This document shows positions 27,660 through 36,579 of a DNA stretch of 64,000 nucleotides, piece by piece. The stretch spans positions 1 through 64,000 of the forward strand of contig JAVJNR010000001.1 of assembly GCA_040217195.1 (NCBI GenBank), written 5' to 3'. Numbering within the stretch: position 1 is the stretch's first letter; every line of letters begins with the position of its first letter. The position numbers were made by a program, and so were the translations under genes. The notes beneath the pieces are model-generated. The model was not told the DNA's origin. It did no database searches and was given only the letters and a program-made list of their open reading frames with translations. This stretch comes from Leptospiraceae bacterium (lineage in GTDB: Bacteria > Spirochaetota > Leptospiria > Leptospirales > Leptonemataceae).

Positions 27660-28403
27660 ATGAATCGAACTAAAATTATACCTGCCATAGATCTTCTCGG
27701 TGGACGCGTTGTGCGGCTTCATCAGGGGAATTACTCGGAATCAACCTTTTATGAGGAGCGCCCATCCGCCCCTGTGGAAAGGTTCCTGCAGAGCGGCGTG
27801 CGAAGGATTCATGTTGTGGATCTGGATGCGGCCAGGTCCGGAGATCGGTCCATCAATGAAAGTGCAAGAGAAGAGATTGTTTCTGCAGCAAGGGAATCTG
27901 CTGAGCTGCAACTGGGCGGCGGAATCAGGGACCTGGATACGGTTCGTCAGGTTCTGAGCTCAGGATTTGACCGAGCCATCCTGGGCACCGCTGCAGTGAA
28001 GGACCCTGAGTTTCTGAAGGATGCGCTGGAAGATTTTGCGGAAAGGATCATCGTAGGTGTGGATGCCAGGGATGGAATCGTTCGAGTCTCCGGCTGGGAA
28101 GAGGCCAGCTCCTTGAAGACCATGGACTACTTTGGAACCCTGGAGCAAATGAGAGTCAATGAAGTGATCTACACTAACATCGAAACAGATGGAACTCTAG
28201 CAGGTCCACCGGTTCAGGAAATTTCAGATATTCTGGAGCGATTTAGATTTCGGCTAATTGCTTCCGGCGGAATCTCTTCTCTGGAAGATGTGCAGAAGCT
28301 CTTGGATCTAAAGCAGGACCGTCTATCTGGAATTATAACCGGCAAAGCAGTTTACGAAGGTAGACTGGATCTAAAGTCTGCGGTGGATCTTACCAGTTCC
28401 TGA
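27660..28403 (+). CDS. hisA: ProFAR isomerase
   Basis: IIPAIDL, HVVDLDAA, GGGIR, DGTLAG, IASGG, GKAVYEG. Confidence 0.95.
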   Translation: MNRTKIIPAIDLLGGRVVRLHQGNYSESTFYEERPSAPVERFLQSGVRRIHVVDLDAARSGDRSINESAREEIVSAARESAELQLGGGIRDLDTVRQVLSSGFDRAILGTAAVKDPEFLKDALEDFAERIIVGVDARDGIVRVSGWEEASSLKTMDYFGTLEQMRVNEVIYTNIETDGTLAGPPVQEISDILERFRFRLIASGGISSLEDVQKLLDLKQDRLSGIITGKAVYEGRLDLKSAVDLTSS

Positions 28404-28476
28404 TATCCCTGGAAGCATACCATTTTCTTTCCCACCGGCCGGACCATTGCAAACCGGCTGCCTGTTACCACTCTCA

Positions 28477-28670
28477 GAGTTCGACTTAAAGCTGCCGCGC
28501 GTTGTTTATGCGAACTCGCGGGCGTATTGAGCTCCCCTGGGCCGGGTTCGACATAAAGCTGCCGTGCATTGTTTATTTGAACTCGCGCGTGTATGGAGCT
28601 CCTCTGGGCGGAGTTCGACCTAAAGCGGCGCAGCGCTGGTTATGCGCACCCGTGCCGGTATTGAGCTGCC
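28477..28670. repeat. 67-bp tandem repeat x~3, same family as 25675-25868
   Basis: GTTCGAC at 28479, 28546, 28613; shares GTTCG.CTTAAA, GCGTTGTTTATGCGAAC and GTATTG.GCTCC with the 68-bp unit. Confidence 0.85.
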
Positions 28671-28698
28671 GATAGGGATATAAGAAGTGAGAGTGGTC

Positions 28699-29571
28699 CT
28701 ATTTCCTGGTCGGAGGGTTGATGTTTCGTACATCTCTCGAATACAGGAACGGGGTGGTCTTTTCTGCCAACCAATCAGGCAGTACTTCCTTAATTTGCTG
28801 CACAATCACTTCCTGTTTGTATCTGGGAGAGAAGTGAATTAGAAATAGCCTTTCTATATCTCGGAACGCTTCTGCATGTTCTGCAATTTCAAATAGATGA
28901 ATGTGGCCCCATTGACGGGCTCGTTCCACCGGTCTTTTCTCATCTACATAGGTGCATTCCAGGAAAAGTATTTTAGAGCGCCTTACGATTTCATTTTGAA
29001 GAACGAATTCAATCTGAGTATCTCCAGAGAATGTAACTACAGGGTTTTCATGGTCATAAAAAAGATCGTCTCGTTTCTGCTTCAGAACTGCGATTTCATG
29101 TCCCGGAAGATCCTGAAATTCTTCTTTAAGCTTTCTGGTTTTTTCCAGGATGGTATAGCCGTTGGAAGGAACTCGATGAATACTGGGAATGGCCTTAAAA
29201 TATACATTTCCCTGAAGCTTGTAATACTGGTCATACTGAACCGGATGCAGGTTGTAGCCGGCTTCGAATCCTTCGATTTCTGCCCAGATATCAAAGATTC
29301 GCTTCAATGGATCCGCAAGCTCCGGCGGACAGTAAATGTCCGGTGGATCCAGTCTGCGAAGGGCTCTCTGAGATATATAATAGGCAATACCGCTACTATG
29401 ATCCAGGTGACCATGGGTTAGAAGCAGTCTTTGATATTCGGTGAGTTTTGTATGACCCACCCCTATATCGAAGACCAGTTTGTACTGTGGAAGTCCCATG
29501 GTAGTGTAAACACCACCTTCCGAGCATCCAAGAAATCGATAGTTCTTATATTTATATTCTGAAAGTCGCAT
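28699..29571 (-). CDS. MBL-fold hydrolase, RNase Z (tRNase Z)-like
   Basis: THGHLDH, FSGDT, LECTY, GHIH, IHFSPRY. Confidence 0.85.
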   Translation of the reverse strand: MRLSEYKYKNYRFLGCSEGGVYTTMGLPQYKLVFDIGVGHTKLTEYQRLLLTHGHLDHSSGIAYYISQRALRRLDPPDIYCPPELADPLKRIFDIWAEIEGFEAGYNLHPVQYDQYYKLQGNVYFKAIPSIHRVPSNGYTILEKTRKLKEEFQDLPGHEIAVLKQKRDDLFYDHENPVVTFSGDTQIEFVLQNEIVRRSKILFLECTYVDEKRPVERARQWGHIHLFEIAEHAEAFRDIERLFLIHFSPRYKQEVIVQQIKEVLPDWLAEKTTPFLYSRDVRNINPPTRK

Positions 29572-29673
29572 AGATCAAATCGACTGAAGTAATTCCGTGT
29601 AAGGCCGTTTTTTGACTGTTCAGTTCGGCACCGGAAGGATAAAAATCAAAGGTCCGGAATAAGCCGGCCCCGA

Positions 29674-31278
29674 TCAGGGGGCCGCTTCCATAGTGATTAC
29701 AGGTGCAATATTTCGCAGATCTTTAGCCAGGGATTCCGGTCCAACCACAACAATAAACAGGTCATCTCGATCCATGTATTTCTGGAAGGCATTCTTTATA
29801 TCTGTAGAATCCACAGCTTTGATACGTTCTGGAAATTGATTTAAATAATTTTCAGGCATTTGATCGATTCTGAAGCGAATATGGTCGCCCAGGATTTCGG
29901 AAGGATTGTCATATAGAAATACCAGAGAATTTAGTATGGCAGTTCTTGCCTCGGCAACGTCCCCGGAATCCACATTGCTTTTCATTCCTTCAATCATCTG
30001 AAGCATTAGACCCAGGGTTTCTCCAGCCCGTTGAGATCTGGTAGCGCTGACCGCTGCCAGATAACCCTCCGAGGCTTTGGAGCGATTAAAGCTATAGGCA
30101 TAGTAAGCAAGACCTCGCTTCACTCGAATTTCCTGCATCAATCTAGAAGTGAAAGAGCCTCCGCCCAGGATATGGTTTCCCAGCTGCAAAGTGTAAAAGT
30201 CTTTGGAGTTATGAGCAACTGTGGGGCTTGCTACAATTAGAAGAGACTGGGGATAATCTCCGGTGACATGAACGATCTTACCTCGATAGGGATTCTTATC
30301 TTCCGGTGCCTTGAATCCATTATCGGGCAGAACAGAAAGTGGCTTTTCCGGTACCGGAAGTTTACGGAGTAGATCCACCAGTTTCTTTTCTACATTCAGT
30401 CCCTGGAAATCACCATCCAGAGCAATGTGGTAGCGTGCTCTCTTGAGTCTGTTGTCATAAGTGCTGCGAGCGGATTCCAGACTGATTCTAGCCACATCCT
30501 TTTCCTGGATTGCATAGCCCCTTCGAGTATCTGGAAACATCACTGCACTTAGCTTGAGAAATCCAATGGTACTGGGATCATCCGTTCTGGAACGAATGGA
30601 GGTAATCATCTGATTTTTCACAGTGGACAGGCTGGATTCATCAAAGTCTGGCTCAGAAAGAAGTAGAACTAATAGATCCAGGGCCCGGGGAAAGTCATCT
30701 CGCATAGCGCTAAGGCTGATTTCCCAGGACTGATCGGATACAGAGGTTCCAATGCTGGCCCCCAGAAGTGCAAGCTGGTTGGCCATATCTTCAGCAGAAA
30801 GCTTTCCAGCTCCGGAGGTTTCCAGCAATGCGGCCATGGCATCCAGGTTCCCGGCTTCCTTGATAGACTCCAGGTCTTCGCCGCCCTCAATAATAATGCG
30901 CAGTCTGACTACGGGCAGTGTATCGTTGTGAAGACGATAAAGCGTTGCATACGGAGTTAGTTCTCGGCTATCCACAGGAGGTGGTGTGAAGTTCAAGGTG
31001 GGAATCTTGATTCCAGACAGTACCGAATCATCGGCTGTGCGGGCCATGGATGTCATCGGAATACTAAAGGCAATTGCAGCCAGAATAAGAAGGCTACGGC
31101 GGATTCCGAAACGTTGTTGAGGTTTTTTCTGAAAGCGCCGGATTTCCTTTTCCGAATTAGGATCGGTCTGCTTCCAGAACCTATTTTCAATAATAGCGCG
31201 AGTTCTTTGCATCTTTGATTTAAATTCTAACATAGTTGTATGGTTTCGTTTGCTCAATATATCGTCCTGGTCTGGCAC
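29674..31278 (-). CDS. M16 (pitrilysin/insulinase) family protein, non-catalytic subunit
   Basis: LGGGSFTSRLMQEIRVKRGLAY; no HxxEH; start uncertain. Confidence 0.85.
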   Translation of the reverse strand: MPDQDDILSKRNHTTMLEFKSKMQRTRAIIENRFWKQTDPNSEKEIRRFQKKPQQRFGIRRSLLILAAIAFSIPMTSMARTADDSVLSGIKIPTLNFTPPPVDSRELTPYATLYRLHNDTLPVVRLRIIIEGGEDLESIKEAGNLDAMAALLETSGAGKLSAEDMANQLALLGASIGTSVSDQSWEISLSAMRDDFPRALDLLVLLLSEPDFDESSLSTVKNQMITSIRSRTDDPSTIGFLKLSAVMFPDTRRGYAIQEKDVARISLESARSTYDNRLKRARYHIALDGDFQGLNVEKKLVDLLRKLPVPEKPLSVLPDNGFKAPEDKNPYRGKIVHVTGDYPQSLLIVASPTVAHNSKDFYTLQLGNHILGGGSFTSRLMQEIRVKRGLAYYAYSFNRSKASEGYLAAVSATRSQRAGETLGLMLQMIEGMKSNVDSGDVAEARTAILNSLVFLYDNPSEILGDHIRFRIDQMPENYLNQFPERIKAVDSTDIKNAFQKYMDRDDLFIVVVGPESLAKDLRNIAPVITMEAAP

Positions 31279-31284
31279 CGGTTT

Positions 31285-32973
31285 TTATTTTTCCGGCATA
31301 AGCCTGGCTTTCATGGTCCATTCAGGCTTCAAGTATTGTCTGGCAGCCTGTTGAATCTGAGATACCTGGATGGTTTCCAGTTGTTCATAGCTCCTAAACA
31401 ATGTGCGATAGTCGCCTGTCATGATCTGATAATAGGAAAGTAGATCTGCAAGCCGGGCCGGGCTGCGAAGACCAAATGCAAAGTCTGACAGAGCTTTCTT
31501 TTGAACTTTCTTTAGATGCTCCTGACTGATGCCTTCTGTCTTTACAACTTCAATTTCATCCAGAATAGCCTGTTCCAGTGTGGCATAGTCCACATCAGGA
31601 GCAGGTACAGCACTTATAAAGAATAGATTCGTAAATCGTTCTCCTGGAAAGCCTGTGTAGATTCGTATGGAAGTGGCCAGTTTTTTCTCTCGAATGAGCT
31701 TTTGAACCAGGATGGATTCCTGACCGTCTGCTAGAATACTTCCCAGAACTTCTAGTTTCAGGCTATCCGGATGGAGAAGTGCAGGCTTAAACCAGGCCAT
31801 ATAGAGTACCGGCGAACCCTTTTCCTTGAGCTCTACAGTAACGTTGCGCCTGGGTGGATCCACAGGGGCGGGTCTTTCAATAACTGGACCGGTATTCCAG
31901 GATCCGAAATGCTTACGAATTATCTGCATTGCAAAATCTGGATCAAAGTCTCCAGTGACTGCGATTACTGCATTGTTTGGGGTATAATATTTCTCATAGA
32001 ATTGAATGGCATCGGCTTTGTTGAAGTATTCGATAGAAGACATGGGGCCAATAAGAGGCTTTCCGTAAGGATGATCTCCGTACACTTCCATCAGAAAGTT
32101 TTCCATCAGTTTGCTTGAGGCTACGTTTTCTACACGCATCCTTCGCTCTTCTGCTACTACATCCCTTTCAGTGTAGAACTCACGGAAAACGGAGTTCTTC
32201 AAACGATCTGCTTCTATGGCAGCCCATACTTCGATTCTGTTGGATGGTAATTGAATCTGGTAGTTGGTCAGATCTCTAGATGTATAGGCATTGTATCCTC
32301 GCTGACCGTGCCGCGAATAGAGCATTGAGTCTTCTTCTGGAATGCGAAACCTGGATGCCTCTTTTATGGCCAGTTGTAGTCTAAACTTCCAGAGCTTGAC
32401 TTTGCTTTCAGCTTCCTTGATGGCATCATCATCGTTTCGTGCTCTGGCCTGCTCTAGTTTCTTTCGCCATTCATCCAGATCCCTGGACCAGGTCTGAATC
32501 AATTCCAGATACTTTTGTTCTGACTGATAGTTTCTGGTGCCGATTCTTTCTGTACCTTTGAAGAGCATATGCTCCAGCATATGAGCAATGCCTGCCGTTT
32601 CTAAGGTTTCATCTGCTCCACCGGCCAGAATCTTAATGTAGAGTGCAGACACCGGGGCCAGTTCCTGGTCCAGCATTATGATCTGCAGTCCATTGGGAAG
32701 TTTCTCCAGGCGAATGCGATTCTCTATCTGCTTGAACAGATCCTGAGGGGCTTCGGCGGTTTCCGATGTATCCAGAGATGCCTGAAGGTTCTCAATGGGA
32801 ATTGCTGCCAGACCAGAAAAAGAGGTCAAAAGGACAATTATAGTAAACAGGATGGATAGGTTTTTAGAATGCGATGGGGGATTCCCTGTCAAAGACATAG
32901 GTCCAGGCTGCCGGCCGGCAGGTACTGATACAAGTAGAAAGAAGGGCGAAAATGGAAAAACGCAGAGTCGCAA
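31285..32973 (-). CDS. M16 family zinc peptidase, catalytic subunit
   Basis: GIAHMLEHMLFKGT, NAYTS, ERDVVAEERRMR; start uncertain. Confidence 0.92.
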   Translation of the reverse strand: MRLCVFPFSPFFLLVSVPAGRQPGPMSLTGNPPSHSKNLSILFTIIVLLTSFSGLAAIPIENLQASLDTSETAEAPQDLFKQIENRIRLEKLPNGLQIIMLDQELAPVSALYIKILAGGADETLETAGIAHMLEHMLFKGTERIGTRNYQSEQKYLELIQTWSRDLDEWRKKLEQARARNDDDAIKEAESKVKLWKFRLQLAIKEASRFRIPEEDSMLYSRHGQRGYNAYTSRDLTNYQIQLPSNRIEVWAAIEADRLKNSVFREFYTERDVVAEERRMRVENVASSKLMENFLMEVYGDHPYGKPLIGPMSSIEYFNKADAIQFYEKYYTPNNAVIAVTGDFDPDFAMQIIRKHFGSWNTGPVIERPAPVDPPRRNVTVELKEKGSPVLYMAWFKPALLHPDSLKLEVLGSILADGQESILVQKLIREKKLATSIRIYTGFPGERFTNLFFISAVPAPDVDYATLEQAILDEIEVVKTEGISQEHLKKVQKKALSDFAFGLRSPARLADLLSYYQIMTGDYRTLFRSYEQLETIQVSQIQQAARQYLKPEWTMKARLMPEK

Positions 32974-33105
32974 GCAAGGTCCATTGTTCCTGATCTGAAT
33001 CTATTTTATGTGTATCTCCGATTTCAGGTCCCGGTACGGGCTGTGTTTATCCGGTTTTTTCAGGGTGCATCGGCCAGGTATTCTGTCTGCAAGGCAGGGC
33101 GAGGA

Positions 33106-33870
33106 TTAATTGGTTACCTGAACACAGAGCAGACGGGCAACCTTGGATGCTCCGGCCCCAAAATTGTTATCACAGGGGCGGTTACTGTTATGAGCCAGAA
33201 AGGCGCTATTTAAACTTGTGGATCTTCCGGTTAGTCCGCTTCCAGAACCGCCGTTGGTCCAGTCCGAGCAGTTATCCGGCGATCCAGTCCAGTCCGCATC
33301 CACTCCAGTCCAGAACTCCGCCGATGCCATGCCGTACCGGATAGAGTTCTGTAATTCCAGGCTATTGTCTGGATCGAAGATTGGATTGGCCCCTGTTATG
33401 AAGATGGTGGTTCCACCCTCATCCAGGTAATTCGTATTCGGTTCGAGTACCCAGTCAGATTGATTCGTGCAACCTGCGCCGCAATCTGCAGTATCTGTGG
33501 CATTGCGACCTCCACCGGAAATAAAGGCTTTGAACGTAGATGTGATGGGACTGGGATTATTGGAATCGAGCATACAATAGCAATCAGCTCTTTCAATTGG
33601 ATCGGAGTAGCTGGCATCGCAGGTTGATTCGCCACCAAATCGAATGTCTCCATCCGGCTTGGAAGTAGTTAAATAAGCCAGATAGTCCTTTTGTATTAGA
33701 GGTGTAGTGGGCCCGCCACCGGGATCTAAGGCAGATGGGGAAAGTAGGCCCAACAGCAGTGCATTTTCTTCGCTGCTTTCTGAGCCTCCACCGAATACCG
33801 CTGCATAGAACGGAGTACATTGCAACAATGTGGCGAAGGAGAGAATCTGTATCAGGTTGAACCAGCGCAC
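33106..33870 (-). CDS. DUF1554 (Len/endostatin-like) domain lipoprotein
   Basis: ADCYC...FKAFI...DWVLEPNTNY...FWTG...NCSDWT...LLCVQ; lipobox-like LLQC. Confidence 0.75.
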   Translation of the reverse strand: MRWFNLIQILSFATLLQCTPFYAAVFGGGSESSEENALLLGLLSPSALDPGGGPTTPLIQKDYLAYLTTSKPDGDIRFGGESTCDASYSDPIERADCYCMLDSNNPSPITSTFKAFISGGGRNATDTADCGAGCTNQSDWVLEPNTNYLDEGGTTIFITGANPIFDPDNSLELQNSIRYGMASAEFWTGVDADWTGSPDNCSDWTNGGSGSGLTGRSTSLNSAFLAHNSNRPCDNNFGAGASKVARLLCVQVTN

Positions 33871-34030
33871 AATCGTTCCTGTAACGATAACAGCTTAAAA
33901 TCCACAGCATTGCACGCAATTTTTGTTTTTTGCTTCAAATAAACAGAGAAAAAATTGTGCGAGTCGTCCCTGTGTGGAATTCTGTGGTTATCGGTCATAG
34001 GATGCATCGGTGGAGGAGTTTGGCAATTAA

Positions 34031-34489
34031 GTGAGGCATATTTTACGGGCGATTTCTTTGTCCATGTTGTGTGTAACGTTCAACTTTACAGTGAATTGCA
34101 GTTCCACACAGCCAGCAGTGCTGGTTAACCTTGATATGCTTGCAAGAAGCCACGTTTGCGAGCAGCCAAGAGATTATCGCGCCTACTGGTGGCTATACGG
34201 AAGTCTGCCGCTTTCATTACCGGATGAGTATGCTGCCTCGAAAGAGCCGGGCACATTACATGTATTTCAGCAAAAGCGTACCTGGACGGACTACTCCTTG
34301 ACCGTGTTGTTGGGTACGCTTTTTTCGATTACTACTGCCAGAATTGAGGTCCGTAAATGCACCGCTGCCGGAGATGGCAGTCTGCTGAATATTCAAAAGG
34401 AAAGGGATGCTGCCCTGGAAGAACGAAGAAGAGTGGAAGAAGCGGAAACCAGGGCCCGCGAGCAGGAAAGTAAAAAAGCGCAGAAATGA
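34031..34489 (+). CDS. Putative lipoprotein (Bor/TRL-like fold, tentative)
   Basis: Signal with Cys; YWWLYG and D..L..LLG pattern. Confidence 0.55.
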   Translation: MRHILRAISLSMLCVTFNFTVNCSSTQPAVLVNLDMLARSHVCEQPRDYRAYWWLYGSLPLSLPDEYAASKEPGTLHVFQQKRTWTDYSLTVLLGTLFSITTARIEVRKCTAAGDGSLLNIQKERDAALEERRRVEEAETRAREQESKKAQK

Positions 34490-35079
34490 AACGAATCCCG
34501 GTTTTGATACTCTTTTTCTGTACAGGCTGCGCAGGCCTGTGGTCTGAAGACCCGTCCTTTCGCTGCATCTCCGGAAACTGTATGAACGGGGCCGGTAAGA
34601 TTAAGCTTGGAGAGTCAGTGTATTCCGGCCAGTTTTCGCAGGGGTTACCCCATGGGAATGGATCGCTTCTGCAAAGAGGATTAGAGATTTATTCTGGTGG
34701 CTTCCGGGCTGGTCTTTTTGAAGGGCAGGGAGTCTTTCAATTCCAGGATGGAAGCGTTTATCGCGGAGAGTTTCAGAACGGGCAGTTTCATGGTTCCGGG
34801 GAGCTGGATCTTTCCTCGGGAAACAGTTATCGTGGAATGTTTCGCAACGGGAAGTACCATGGCTCAGGTAGATTCGTATTCCTGGATGGCTCTCTTTATG
34901 TAGGAGAGTTTCGCAACGGCCGTCCAGAAGGACAGGGCAAGTATGAATCCTATCAGGGTGGTCTGATGCAGGGGCAATACCGAAATGGTAGATTGAATGG
35001 TAAAGCCAGGGTGGATCTTCCCGGCGAACCAGAATTTCAGGGCAGGTTCCAGGATAGTCAACTCAAGGAGTTACTCTAA
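34486..35079 (+). CDS. MORN-repeat lipoprotein
   Basis: Repeated YxGxFxxGxxHGxG; CISGNCMNG. Confidence 0.9.
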   Translation: MKRIPVLILFFCTGCAGLWSEDPSFRCISGNCMNGAGKIKLGESVYSGQFSQGLPHGNGSLLQRGLEIYSGGFRAGLFEGQGVFQFQDGSVYRGEFQNGQFHGSGELDLSSGNSYRGMFRNGKYHGSGRFVFLDGSLYVGEFRNGRPEGQGKYESYQGGLMQGQYRNGRLNGKARVDLPGEPEFQGRFQDSQLKELL

Positions 35080-36579
35080 ATGCAGTGGCGCCCCAGACTT
35101 TCTCTACTCATCGGGCTGCTCTATACGGCTCTAGCAGCAATTAACATTGCATTTTTTGTATTTATGATTCTGGAGAATCAGACAGATCTGCTTCAGAATA
35201 CATTTCGCTACCATTCCAGATCCCTGGTTCAGGAAGTGATGACGGGTAACACTTCCAGAGCTCCGGCCCAATCCGATTCGGATTATTTTGAATCGATAAA
35301 GGATTCTCTGAAAGGATACGACCCTCGTTACGGAATCATCTTTGATTCAGATGGTCAGGTCCTGTATCGCTGGGACGGTTCTCAAGATGCTCCGGAAGCG
35401 CCCAATCCCTATATCCTGGAACGAACCAGCGAGATGGCCGGCCGAGATCTGATATTCAAGGAACCGTTTTCTCTGGAACTGAACGAAGAGGACTGGACTG
35501 CAGATATCATACTTCCCCTGGACCGACCGGGCAAATCTGCCTTCTTGAATATAAGACTGCAGATCGCCGCCATTCATGAGCGAATGGATGAGATTCGATG
35601 GCAGATCCTGCTGGCTATACTCTGGGGAATCATCTTCCATGTACTGTTTGGACTATTCGTTTACAAAATCATTTTTCGTCGTCTGACTCTGTTGAAGGAT
35701 GCAAGCGCCGAGATGCAATCCGGTAATCTGTCTGGCCGCGTGACCTGGAACTTCAGTCGAGGGGATGAGCTGGATGATCTGGGGCAGAGCTTTAATCAGA
35801 TGGCCGGCACAATTGAGGAGAAGGTTTCAACCATTGAATCTCAGCTGCAAACCATCTCCAGACTAAATCGAACCATGCAAAATGAGCTGGAAATCGGAAA
35901 AGATGTACAGCGAGCCTTTCTGCCCGATTTTCGCAATTTCCAGTACCTGAACCCTGCTTTCGTTTATCTGCCATTGCGAGAAGTAAGCGGAGATATGTGC
36001 CATCTGTATCCATTTGGCTCAGAGGAACTGGGAATCTTTCTGGGAGATGCGGCCGGTCATGGAGTATCGGCAGCCCTGGTAACGGCCATGGTAACGTCGG
36101 CCATGGATGCAGCGGTGCAGACCAACAGGCAGCCAGGAGCACTCTTCGAAAACATCAATGCTGAGCTCTGTGGCCGTCTTACATCTCTATTCTATTCCAC
36201 AGGGATTTTTGTTCTGAAAAAGCCCGGGACCCTGGTTCATACCGGAGCCGGCCATGTGGACTGCTTGCTATATCGGCGAAAGGAAGAACAATTCATCTCT
36301 CTGGAATCCCAGGGCACTCCTATTGGACTTTTTCCGGACATGAAATATCCTGAAGTGGAGACCCGGTATTCTTCAGGGGACCGTCTGGTACTTTTTTCGG
36401 ATGGAATTACGGAAGCCTGGTCCGGCTCCAGGGATTTTGGCTCCGAAGGTGTGCGTTCATTGATCCAGTCCACGATCCATCTGCAAGGGGAGGAGCTGGC
36501 TGATCGGATTCAATCTTCGATTCAAGAATTCAGGGAATCAGCAACCGATGACGTAACCGTACTCGTTCTGGATCTATAA
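35080..36579 (+). CDS. HAMP + SpoIIE/PP2C protein phosphatase, membrane-bound
   Basis: DELDDLGQSFNQM HAMP; VSGD, GDAAGHG, FSDGITE, DDVT. Confidence 0.92.
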   Translation: MQWRPRLSLLIGLLYTALAAINIAFFVFMILENQTDLLQNTFRYHSRSLVQEVMTGNTSRAPAQSDSDYFESIKDSLKGYDPRYGIIFDSDGQVLYRWDGSQDAPEAPNPYILERTSEMAGRDLIFKEPFSLELNEEDWTADIILPLDRPGKSAFLNIRLQIAAIHERMDEIRWQILLAILWGIIFHVLFGLFVYKIIFRRLTLLKDASAEMQSGNLSGRVTWNFSRGDELDDLGQSFNQMAGTIEEKVSTIESQLQTISRLNRTMQNELEIGKDVQRAFLPDFRNFQYLNPAFVYLPLREVSGDMCHLYPFGSEELGIFLGDAAGHGVSAALVTAMVTSAMDAAVQTNRQPGALFENINAELCGRLTSLFYSTGIFVLKKPGTLVHTGAGHVDCLLYRRKEEQFISLESQGTPIGLFPDMKYPEVETRYSSGDRLVLFSDGITEAWSGSRDFGSEGVRSLIQSTIHLQGEELADRIQSSIQEFRESATDDVTVLVLDL

